Shown: one piece after another, positions 9,316 to 17,609 of the stretch | Numbering within the stretch: position 1 is the stretch's first letter | Layout of the letters: each line of letters begins with the position of its first letter | NCBI RefSeq assembly: GCF_001545095.1 | Contig: NZ_CP013213.1 | Coordinates: 870,001 to 902,000 of the forward strand | DNA from: Erysipelothrix larvae | Lineage (GTDB): Bacteria; Bacillota_I; Bacilli_A; Erysipelotrichales; Erysipelotrichaceae | Length of the DNA stretch: 32,000 bases | Reading direction: 5' to 3' | Notes under the pieces: generated by a model | What the model was told of the DNA's origin: nothing | Database searches by the model: none | What the model saw: the letters and a program-made list of their open reading frames with translations, nothing else | Made by a program: the position numbers and the translations under genes

Positions 9316-10791
9316 TTAAGAGAGTCCTTTGTCATAGGTTGTTTTAATTATTGGGTTAATTCGATATGTTGCGTCTTCATTAAGCACATACAACACACGA
9401 TTCCTAAACCGCTCCCAATTACGATAGCCACTTGCATTGTTTTTTATTTGCTTGATTATGCGATTTCGATTCTCAATCAACGCACTGTTTATGTGTGTTA
9501 TGGAAACTTCATAATGGGTTTCTCCTGTTTTCTTATTTGTGACCTTTGTGCATTTTTCTACTTTATTGAAAGTTGCGACAATTTCATTTTTCCACTTTCC
9601 TAAAGTTCGGCTAAAATCAACGATTGATGCAACTCTACTCTGAGCCATCACTCTGATGAGTGTGTTCAGATTCTCGTGTGCATTCTCAGCTTTTGATTCA
9701 TTGAAGAATTGATCGAGTAAGAACTTCATGTTATATGCATCTTCAAGGCCATTGCTCGTTTGAAGAATTAGGTCTATTATGTCGTAAAGGTTTAGAAACT
9801 TTCCCAATTTCTTATTGCGTTGTTTCGGTACATTTGGATCAAATATATTGTATTTCTTATCTTTAACTGTGGTTGTTGCTTTGGGGTTTTTATAGAGTAA
9901 CCAGTTGAACTTTTTAAGCAGATAGTATTGCTGGTCACGCTTATAATATTCTTGTCTTTTGACTTTATCTTCTGTTTGCTTCCAGTTCTTAGGAGGTTTT
10001 AGTTTCTTCATAGTGTCTACCCTAATAGAGTCGATACGTTTCATTAAATCACTATAAACATGAAAACGATCAACACTGATAAACGCGTTTGGAAGGAATT
10101 GTTTTGCGACGACTCTATAGCTATACCACATGTCGATTCCAATACCTAAGACTCCTTTGCGTTCTTCAAGGGGGATTTGGCTAAAATACGCGACTAAGTC
10201 TTGTTTCTTACGGGACGGTAATATATCTACGATATTCTTTGTCATTGCATCAATAAGAACGCATACATAATCACTGCGATCACTGTGGTACGCATAACAT
10301 TCATCAATAAGCAGATAAGCGGGTAGTTTTTGTCTGGAGACAGAAACGTGGGAATCGAAAATAGATGATACTGTAGTGGGAGATAACCGATATCTATTGG
10401 CAACTGTGGTAAACGTTTCATGTGGCGATTTAAGATCATTCAGGACATTATATACGGTCAGCTGAGTAATCTTCATATTTCGATACGCAAATGGATTGTG
10501 TTCAAAAAAGCATTTATTACACGTTGTGCATTTATAACGTCGTGCACGGTAACGAATGTAACAGGGTATATGTGTTACCAGTGAGTGGAGAAGCTTCTTT
10601 TCAGAATAATCTTTGATTGTGGATGTTTTGCTTTCACAAATTGGGCATGTTTGTTCCTCTACCTGAAGCGTAATGTACACATTCAATGCGTCACTTTGAC
10701 CTTTGATATCAATCTTCTGGACTTGATGGTGTTCTAAGTTAAATAATTCAAGAATTTTTTCGTTACTTAAAAGAGTGGCATTAGCGTTCAT
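9316..10791 (-). CDS. ISL3-family DDE transposase
   Basis: N-terminal Zn-finger (CPICES...CTTCNKCF). Family-typical blocks LLIDECYAYH, IGIDMWYSYR, SVDRFHV and NSALIENRNRIIKQIKNNASGYRNWERFRNR. Confidence 0.9.
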   Translation of the reverse strand: MNANATLLSNEKILELFNLEHHQVQKIDIKGQSDALNVYITLQVEEQTCPICESKTSTIKDYSEKKLLHSLVTHIPCYIRYRARRYKCTTCNKCFFEHNPFAYRNMKITQLTVYNVLNDLKSPHETFTTVANRYRLSPTTVSSIFDSHVSVSRQKLPAYLLIDECYAYHSDRSDYVCVLIDAMTKNIVDILPSRKKQDLVAYFSQIPLEERKGVLGIGIDMWYSYRVVAKQFLPNAFISVDRFHVYSDLMKRIDSIRVDTMKKLKPPKNWKQTEDKVKRQEYYKRDQQYYLLKKFNWLLYKNPKATTTVKDKKYNIFDPNVPKQRNKKLGKFLNLYDIIDLILQTSNGLEDAYNMKFLLDQFFNESKAENAHENLNTLIRVMAQSRVASIVDFSRTLGKWKNEIVATFNKVEKCTKVTNKKTGETHYEVSITHINSALIENRNRIIKQIKNNASGYRNWERFRNRVLYVLNEDATYRINPIIKTTYDKGLS

Positions 10792-10924
10792 AGAAACCCT
10801 GCCTCTCTTTGACTATTTTGATAAGGTTTCATTATGTATCTTGCTCCTAAATATAAAAATGATTGTCTGTTATTTAAATAACCATCTTCATTATATTCAA
10901 TCTGAGGAGTTAAAACTATTTTTC

Positions 10925-11395
10925 TCATGTTGGTGAAGTAATGGCGGAATGATAGATATTCCGTTTTGTGGATAATATGAAGTAATTCAATCGTTCCAAA
11001 TAACTTAAATGTCTCACCGATTCATAATCGTTAAAACGTATTTTTATCCGAATATATGTTGATTCATCAATATCAGTTAAAAGCGTGCTATCAAGTTCAT
11101 GGGTTAATATTATTTCAATTGTGGGTACAGACAGTTGAAAATAGGGAAGTAAGTTACTTGGTATTATTGCATGAGTTCTCTTACATTGATTACAAAAGAA
11201 ACGTGCGATTTCTACGACAATGGTTAATCGCCCAGTAATTATGGTTTTCGGATAGTATCCATAACGAATCAGTGTATCTGTTTTTGAACAGCACGGACAA
11301 GGTATTGTTTTTGGATTAATTGAATTGAGAAATTTGTAATATTCCTTTTGAGAAAACTGTTTATTATTGAATGTGTTTGAGAAAACTGTTATCAT
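10925..11395 (-). CDS. small Zn-ribbon protein co-carried by the IS (resembles the DUF6431 family; assignment from memory)
   Basis: 156 aa with CPCC...CNQC spaced like a zinc ribbon, followed by THAIIPSNLLPY. AAGGAG RBS 7 nt upstream. Same strand as, and upstream of, the transposase, and inside the IS inverted repeats. Confidence 0.6.
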   Translation of the reverse strand: MITVFSNTFNNKQFSQKEYYKFLNSINPKTIPCPCCSKTDTLIRYGYYPKTIITGRLTIVVEIARFFCNQCKRTHAIIPSNLLPYFQLSVPTIEIILTHELDSTLLTDIDESTYIRIKIRFNDYESVRHLSYLERLNYFILSTKRNIYHSAITSPT

Positions 11396-11495
11396 ATTCT
11401 TACTCCTTTATAGGAGGTATTGGATTGGTAGAAACTTAGGTCTGGAAACTTGGGGTTTCTACCATTTTATTAACCTCGTTAAACTAATAATACAA

Positions 11496-11548
11496 AAAAA
11501 ATCACTTTAATACAGCACTTAATTGTGCATAAAGTAAAGTGATTTTTT
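11496..11548. terminator. long A-tract/stem/T-tract hairpin near the IS end (bidirectional terminator-like)
   Basis: AAAAAATCACTTTA (11496-11509) is the perfect complement of TAAAGTGATTTTTT (11535-11548). An inner GCAC/GTGC stem is present. The stem is AT-rich, so function is uncertain. Confidence 0.4.
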
Positions 11549-11680
11549 ATTCTGCTGGTCTAAGATAATCAGTTTACAACAGAAATCCCCAAACTTCTTT
11601 AAAGACAGAGGCTAGAGCAAGATTACCTCACCCCAAGAAATAGTGTTGCGAGTGAAAACCCCAAGTAAAGTTTAATATCC

Positions 11681-11688
11681 GTTTTATC
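11681..11688. repeat. target-site duplication GTTTTATC (right copy)
   Basis: Identical to 9148-9155. Confidence 0.8.
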
Positions 11689-11833
11689 CAGTGACATCTA
11701 TGAATTTAACCTGGTTGATTATTCAATTGTTTTAAATTTCTCACGCGGTAATAAACTCGTTAAGTTATCCGTAACGCTTTCGAATGGGGAATCATTCGAG
11801 ACAATGGAGTGGTTAGAATATGCAGGATCGTAA
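11681..11833 (+). pseudogene. minor pilin, C-terminal fragment (continuation of 8899-9155)
   Basis: Open frame VLSSDIYEFNLVDYSIVLNFSRGNKLVKLSVTLSNGESFETMEWLEYAGS* with no start of its own. It is in frame with the N-terminal fragment once the IS and one TSD copy are removed. The stop at 11831-11833 overlaps the next gene's ATG at 11820. Confidence 0.8.
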
Positions 11834-12260
11834 AGGATTTACTTTAATTGAATTAATCATTGCAATGCTTATTTCTGGAATTGTCCTCACGATTCTGACA
11901 ACCTTTGTAATTTATGTTCTGAACATTCAAAGGAATCAAGAGAACTTTCTAATTGCACAAGATGCAGTTCGAGTTGCTGGACTAAAAATAGAAAAAGACA
12001 TTCGCACATCGTCACAATCAATCAAGGTAAGTACAGAATCAAATTGCACAACGATTAGTGAAAATGATTTTGATGTGCCTATAATCTACTGTTTATCACA
12101 AAACACACTAACAAGAAACGGTGATTTTGTTACGAACAATATTGAAACATTTACTATTACGCAAAGATTATCAGATGCAATTGATATTTATATTAAAGGA
12201 GTATATGAAGGGAGAGCTATTGAATATGACCAGAAAATCTATCTCAGAACTGCTTCATAG
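11820..12260 (+). CDS. minor pilin with prepilin-type N-terminal cleavage/methylation signal (PilW/GspJ-like)
   Basis: MQDRKG|FTLIELIIAMLISGIVL class III signal with Glu+5. 146 aa. Confidence 0.8.
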   Translation: MQDRKGFTLIELIIAMLISGIVLTILTTFVIYVLNIQRNQENFLIAQDAVRVAGLKIEKDIRTSSQSIKVSTESNCTTISENDFDVPIIYCLSQNTLTRNGDFVTNNIETFTITQRLSDAIDIYIKGVYEGRAIEYDQKIYLRTAS

Positions 12261-14328
12261 TAAGAAAGGATCAACCTTGATTACAGTTGTGATATTGTTC
12301 TTATTCTTCATGATAATCGTGAGTACAAGTGCAATTGCAGCTCAAAGCAATATAAAACGTGCTGTGACAACGAATCAGTATGAATCTGCTTACTATGTTG
12401 CGGAAACAGGATTGAGCGAATACACCGATAAAATCACAGACTTCATCAACACGTCAACCAAAGATTATAGTGGAAATTTCGCCCAACTCGTTACAGATTT
12501 CCTTGTGTCAAACAGTGCAAGTCCTGATGGCGTGATTACAAGTGATTATGGTCAAGTGATGGACAAACCTGCTATTGCTAAGATTCATTTAGTTTTGGAT
12601 CAAGTGGCAGATACAAGTGCAACGTTTACACTGACGTCTCAGGGTACTTTAAACAATAGTGAACGAACTGTTTCAAAATCATTTGTTTTCACTCAATCTT
12701 CATCTGGAGAATATGAATACGATGGCTTTAATTCAAATGGACTCATCACAATCGATTTGACAGCTACTTCAAATACAGCTATGGGAGTTCCGGCAAATGG
12801 AACAACCCTTACTGGTCCTGTAATTACAAATAAGCCCATCGATTTCACGAGTGAAATCATTATTAATTCAGCTGTTGTCACCAACAACAATATCACCATA
12901 CCAAATGGGATTACTTTACGTGGTGTACTTATTACATCGGGGAAAATTGAGATAAATACTAAAAGTGGAAATGCTTCATTACACACAGTTGTATTAAAAA
13001 AAGGTGGATCCATTTATGTTAATTTAGGTTACGTAAATGCGCTTAATACCATCGATTATGTATTAGTGCCAGAAGAATATAAAAATTCACTTTCATCGGT
13101 AATCACTTACAAAACGGACTCAGATACTAACAACGCATTTAATGCTGCAGCATATGAAAAGATTAAAAGCAAGGTCATTTTTTATAAACAACTCAACTTT
13201 AACCCTTGGGATATGAGTTTCTATTCGGACAGCAGTATTTATCCCAAATCAAACATTAATCCAGTCAGTATTTTTGGAGAAAAACCAACATCAAGTAATA
13301 ATGCTTTAGACTATGGTATCTATTTCCAGTCTGATTTTGTTTTAGACAATATGGATAAACCAGATATCGTGGATGATTACGTTCCTACTGTTGTGATGCC
13401 ACAGTTTCCAGAAACAACAAGCGCTAATGCATACAATCAAACTGGAAAGGCGATTACAGTTTCACCTCCAGGGAATGAGGGAACACGGTTTGAAATAGTC
13501 AGTGCAAATAACGAGTTTCGCTATTATAGCGAAATCGCGTATCAAACAAATTATCGAACACTCGATTTATCACAAGGTTCTCAAAAGGTCTACTCATTTG
13601 AATCATTTAAAGTGGAAGTTCCTACAGAGGGAGTCAATGACAAAACATTAACGATTAACGTAGGTGATAAAGATGTATCTTTAGTCGTCAAATCGTTCAA
13701 TATTGTAAATGCATCACTCAAAGTTGTTGGAACCGGTTCACTATCGGTATATGTGACAGGTAACAATGGTGTGACTAAACCAACAGATTTAACACTATCA
13801 ATATTTCAACTCGGCTTATATAACACCGAAGGTGGCGAAAATCAAAATGACCCCACTAAGTTCAAAGTTTTCGTCAAAAGTGTTTATAACACAGATGGTT
13901 CGCTTTATAACTTGTCTTTAGGTAATAATCAAAGGTTTGATTTGTATGCTTCTGTTTATTCACAAAACTTAAATGTCACCTTTGACTCACCATTCAAAGG
14001 AGCATTTGTATCAATTGATGGTACAAGTATAAACAAGAGTGGCTCAGGGAATGATATAAACAGTCCCTTAATCTTTGCACCAAAAGCCATCTTCGAAAAT
14101 CGTGGACTTACCACTGGATTTATTGTTGTGAAAAACTTCAAGTTTGGCGATTGGGGTGACTTATCCTTCAATCAACAGTTCGACAAAAATACACTTGAAG
14201 ACATTTTAGGGCCAGTTATTGCAGGTTCAACAAATGGTAGCGGTGGGAATGGATCGGGAACAACCAATCCAGGAACAAATCAAAAAATTCTAACATGGGG
14301 TTCTTCAAAAGAATTAGGAGGTGACTAA
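12226..14328 (+). CDS. giant (~700 aa) PilX_N / GspK-like minor pilin, candidate pilus tip protein or adhesin
   Basis: MTRKSISELLHSKKG|STLITVVILFLFFMIIV then ...YESAYYVAETGL, which fits a PilX N-terminal domain pattern. Position +5 is Thr, not Glu. Start set at ATG 12226 (GGGAGAG RBS) rather than the ORF-track 12121. Confidence 0.65.
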   Translation: MTRKSISELLHSKKGSTLITVVILFLFFMIIVSTSAIAAQSNIKRAVTTNQYESAYYVAETGLSEYTDKITDFINTSTKDYSGNFAQLVTDFLVSNSASPDGVITSDYGQVMDKPAIAKIHLVLDQVADTSATFTLTSQGTLNNSERTVSKSFVFTQSSSGEYEYDGFNSNGLITIDLTATSNTAMGVPANGTTLTGPVITNKPIDFTSEIIINSAVVTNNNITIPNGITLRGVLITSGKIEINTKSGNASLHTVVLKKGGSIYVNLGYVNALNTIDYVLVPEEYKNSLSSVITYKTDSDTNNAFNAAAYEKIKSKVIFYKQLNFNPWDMSFYSDSSIYPKSNINPVSIFGEKPTSSNNALDYGIYFQSDFVLDNMDKPDIVDDYVPTVVMPQFPETTSANAYNQTGKAITVSPPGNEGTRFEIVSANNEFRYYSEIAYQTNYRTLDLSQGSQKVYSFESFKVEVPTEGVNDKTLTINVGDKDVSLVVKSFNIVNASLKVVGTGSLSVYVTGNNGVTKPTDLTLSIFQLGLYNTEGGENQNDPTKFKVFVKSVYNTDGSLYNLSLGNNQRFDLYASVYSQNLNVTFDSPFKGAFVSIDGTSINKSGSGNDINSPLIFAPKAIFENRGLTTGFIVVKNFKFGDWGDLSFNQQFDKNTLEDILGPVIAGSTNGSGGNGSGTTNPGTNQKILTWGSSKELGGD

Positions 14329-14330
14329 AG

Positions 14331-15518
14331 ATGCCAAGTTATAAAGTCACGATGATTACACCAAATGGTGAAACGATAACGGATGTTTTACCAGTAGACA
14401 ACGTCAATCAATTATTAAGTCTTGTAAAGCAACGCGGGAATTATTGTGCAGACTATGAACTGGTAGAATCTTTCTCGAAAAATCATTTCAGACTAAAACT
14501 CAGCGCTTTAGTTGTATTCTGTTATCAAATGAGTGCCATGCTAAATGCAGGTGTTCCGCTAATTGAAGCTTTAAAAATGATTCAATCAAAAACTAGAAAG
14601 CCTAAAGAACGTAATATCTACAGTAATCTCTATGAAGAAGTTCAAAAAGGAAACGCGCTGTCTGTTGCGATGCTAAGACAAGAAGGGGTCTTTGATCCCT
14701 TACTCATTAGTATGATTCAATCAGGCGAACAAAGTGGCTCCCTAGGCGAAATCTTAGAAACCATGTCGCGTCAATATGATCGCGATAAACGAGTAAAAAG
14801 CAAACTAAGAAGTGCGAGTATTTATCCGGTGGTTCTCTTAGTTGTGTCAATAGCAGTTGTGGTAATACTTGTAGTATTTGTCTTGCCAGGCATCACATCA
14901 TCTTTCCCAGAATCTGCGATGCCAGCATTAACACGCGTATTATTAGGGATATCACACTTCATGATTAACCGTTGGTATGTTGTATTGATGATTGTTTTAG
15001 CACTGGGTGGTGGGACTTATCTAATGATTCGAAATAAAGAAACACGCTTAAAAATAGATCAATCAATCTTGAGAATCCCAATTGCAGGTGAGCTTATGAA
15101 AACGATTTACTCAGCACGGGTTGCACGCTCATTTGCATCTTTATATAAGCATGGTATTCCTGCACTCAAAATGATTGATTTAACAAGTCGTGTCATTGGA
15201 AATACCTATTTAGAAAAGCAATTTGAACAAGTTTATGTAGAAGTTAGTCGTGGTGAGCTGATTTCAAATTCAATCGAAGCAATTCAAGAGTTTGATTCAA
15301 TGTTACCTACGATGATTCGTGTCGGTGAAGAAACCGGAGACCTTGAAGGCATTTTGTCTAAGATAGCGAACTACTTTGATGAAGAGTCTGAAGCCGCAAT
15401 GACACGTCTTGTAGGACTGGTAGAACCAATGATGATTATCATTTTAGGCATTATGGTCGCAATTATCGTAATCGCAATCATGCAACCAATCTTTACCATG
15501 TATCAATATGTTCAGTAA
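14331..15518 (+). CDS. pilC: type IV pilus platform protein PilC (GspF/T2SS-F family)
   Basis: 395 aa with a duplicated GspF-type domain and 3 TM segments. GGAGGTG RBS. Confidence 0.85.
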   Translation: MPSYKVTMITPNGETITDVLPVDNVNQLLSLVKQRGNYCADYELVESFSKNHFRLKLSALVVFCYQMSAMLNAGVPLIEALKMIQSKTRKPKERNIYSNLYEEVQKGNALSVAMLRQEGVFDPLLISMIQSGEQSGSLGEILETMSRQYDRDKRVKSKLRSASIYPVVLLVVSIAVVVILVVFVLPGITSSFPESAMPALTRVLLGISHFMINRWYVVLMIVLALGGGTYLMIRNKETRLKIDQSILRIPIAGELMKTIYSARVARSFASLYKHGIPALKMIDLTSRVIGNTYLEKQFEQVYVEVSRGELISNSIEAIQEFDSMLPTMIRVGEETGDLEGILSKIANYFDEESEAAMTRLVGLVEPMMIIILGIMVAIIVIAIMQPIFTMYQYVQ

Positions 15519-15530
15519 GTGGAGAAAATT

Positions 15531-16412
15531 ATGAAATATGTAATTGAAATAAGAGATCAGTCTATTCTGGTTTTAGCAGGAAAACATGCTAAGAAAAAAA
15601 TAAACCTTGCAACCGACTTTCGAATTGATTTTGATACACCGATCATAGAAGATGGGAAACTATTAAATCATTATGACATCATTAAACAAATTAAAGAAGC
15701 AATTAAAGCACATCATCTTGTGATCACAAAAGTACGCGTGATAATGAATAACAAATCAATCCTTACGCGTGACCTAACGATTCCAAAAGTTGAAGCGAAA
15801 CAAAAATCAACACTGATAAAAAATGAAATGATTACACTGCTTAATCTTAACAGTGATTATGTTGTGGACTATCGTGATTTGTCAGATGTCAGAACAAAGG
15901 ATGGAAAACAACGTGTCCTTGCCTGTGCATTGAGTGGTGAAACAATCGATTCAATTGAACAATTCTTTAAAATGTTAAAAATTAAAATCGACTCAATCGA
16001 TGCCTCCGTCTCAACAATGATTCACTTTATCCAAACCTTCGAACTTGTAAACAAGAATCTATCGTCACTGGTCATCGACATTAACGATTCTTATGTGCGT
16101 AATTATCTCTTTATGAATGGAGAGTTATTACTCTTTAGAACTTTCTTTATCCAAGAAGATGCAAATATCGAACTTGTTACAAATCGCATCTACCAAATCA
16201 TCGATAACATTAAACAACAGCATGAAGGTGAAGCGAAACAAGCAATCTCTGAAATTGTCTTGCTTGGAAATCGAAACCGATATCCTATCGTCACAGCACG
16301 TTATAATGATGATCCGAATATGAACGTAAAATGCACAAATATCACAGACTATGTTAAAACATCCACTAAAAACTTCATGGGTTATGGAAATGGGTTAGGA
16401 GGGCTTCTATGA
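15531..16412 (+). CDS. pilM: type IV pilus assembly protein PilM (actin-like ATPase fold)
   Basis: Soluble protein of about 293 aa placed directly before a PilN-like gene (ATGA overlap). Start at ATG 15531 after GGAG; the ORF track uses GTG 15519. Family call rests on position, size and overall pattern. Confidence 0.6.
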   Translation: MKYVIEIRDQSILVLAGKHAKKKINLATDFRIDFDTPIIEDGKLLNHYDIIKQIKEAIKAHHLVITKVRVIMNNKSILTRDLTIPKVEAKQKSTLIKNEMITLLNLNSDYVVDYRDLSDVRTKDGKQRVLACALSGETIDSIEQFFKMLKIKIDSIDASVSTMIHFIQTFELVNKNLSSLVIDINDSYVRNYLFMNGELLLFRTFFIQEDANIELVTNRIYQIIDNIKQQHEGEAKQAISEIVLLGNRNRYPIVTARYNDDPNMNVKCTNITDYVKTSTKNFMGYGNGLGGLL

Positions 16413-16966
16413 AAAAGCACATTAACTTATATGATGCCTATTTAGAAGGTCAAAAAGGCCGGCGGTCACGTTCTAAAAACTTAAAATATGTGGTGGTATT
16501 GTTGGCTCTAGGACTAATTATTGGTGGTTATGGTACAAAGCTTACATTGGATAGAACATCCCTTCAAAACGAAATTCAGAAACTCTCATCCTATGTCACA
16601 AACACTTCAAATCAAGACGTTGTGAAAAAGGCTGAAGCAATCCAAACCGATATCAGTACCATGACACAGCTCAGTGATGCTTTGGATAATATTGTTTCCG
16701 TATTTGATGAGAAACAATCCATCAGTGGCGCTATGATCAAGCAAATCACACAAGCTTTACCAAATGGTGTCACACTAAAATCCATCGGCTTTCATGGTGC
16801 TGCAATTTCATTGACCATTGCTTCAACAACCAACAATGGTCCATCCGAATTTGTTGATAAGATTTTGAAACTTGATTTTGTTGAGACAGTTGATTACAAA
16901 GGCTACACATCATCAGGAAATGTCTTCTCAAGTAACTTCTTAGTGGTACTAAAGGGGGATTATTAA
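16409..16966 (+). CDS. pilN: PilN-like bitopic assembly protein
   Basis: N-terminal MKKHINLY resembles the PilN INLLP PilM-binding motif. It is followed by a basic stretch, one TM (YVVVLLALGLIIGGYG) and an extracellular domain. Confidence 0.6.
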   Translation: MKKHINLYDAYLEGQKGRRSRSKNLKYVVVLLALGLIIGGYGTKLTLDRTSLQNEIQKLSSYVTNTSNQDVVKKAEAIQTDISTMTQLSDALDNIVSVFDEKQSISGAMIKQITQALPNGVTLKSIGFHGAAISLTIASTTNNGPSEFVDKILKLDFVETVDYKGYTSSGNVFSSNFLVVLKGDY

Positions 16967-16967
16967 G

Positions 16968-17606
16968 ATGAGTAAATTATCAAAACGCGAAGTATTATTG
17001 TTGTTTATGTTGGGGTTCGTATTGATTATTGGTGTGGGTGTTCCACTATGGATCGTTCCACTTCAAGAGGAAATTAATACACTTTCCCTTGAAAAATCGA
17101 CACTGGATCAAGAAAAGATGCGCATTGAATCCTTAATCAATCAAGAAGACGCGTTGAGTGAACGAAAACTTGAGTCAATCAAAGAAACCGATGACCTTCT
17201 CTCAAAGATATCAGTTCGTGTAAAACCGAGTGAATTTGATCAGTTTCTCAATGACACCTTATCCACTGCAGGCTTCACCATTCAATCCATCAGTTATGGT
17301 GAGATTGCACCAACGGTTCCTCAAGTCATTTCAGCCGATGAATCAACCGTTGAGTATTCGTTGAAAACCCTCTTTGATCAATATAAGAATGTGAAATCAG
17401 AAGGGGGAACATCTGAAACGATTGCTGATGAACTTTTAAAACAAACCATCACGATTACAATGAATGGAAGTGAAGCCAACCTTCCACAACTCATTGACAC
17501 GGTCAATGAAATGGGAAACACCTATTTTATTTCTTCAATTGCCTATACAAAAGGTGATGCAACAAGCACAATCACCTTAAATTTAGATATTTATTTTATT
17601 GATTAA
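16968..17606 (+). CDS. pilO: PilO-like bitopic assembly protein
   Basis: Short cytoplasmic N-terminus, one TM (LLLFMLGFVLIIGVGVPLWIV), a coiled-coil segment and a C-terminal globular part. Positioned after pilN. Confidence 0.5.
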   Translation: MSKLSKREVLLLFMLGFVLIIGVGVPLWIVPLQEEINTLSLEKSTLDQEKMRIESLINQEDALSERKLESIKETDDLLSKISVRVKPSEFDQFLNDTLSTAGFTIQSISYGEIAPTVPQVISADESTVEYSLKTLFDQYKNVKSEGGTSETIADELLKQTITITMNGSEANLPQLIDTVNEMGNTYFISSIAYTKGDATSTITLNLDIYFID

Positions 17607-17609
17607 TTG

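Larger units (their letters stand above)
9156..11680 (-). mobile_element. ISL3-family insertion sequence, 2,525 bp, two ORFs
   Basis: Flanked by the 8-bp TSD. Imperfect terminal inverted repeats GGCGGTCTGAAATAACTTGGGG (9156-9177) and the reverse complement of 11659-11680, GGATATTAAACTTTACTTGGGG (13 of 22 identical, both GG...ACTTGGGG). Encodes an ISL3-type transposase. Confidence 0.85.

Noticed and set aside
9304-9603. 99-aa + strand ORF
   Set aside because: It is antisense to the 3' end of the ISL3 transposase. Its Cys/Phe-rich composition is typical of an antisense frame.
12121-12225. ORF-track start at 12121 for the giant pilin (extra MILLRTILKHLLLRKDYQ...)
   Set aside because: The extension lies within the preceding minor pilin gene and lacks an RBS. 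ATG 12226 has a GGGAGAG RBS and places the class III signal at a normal distance from the start.
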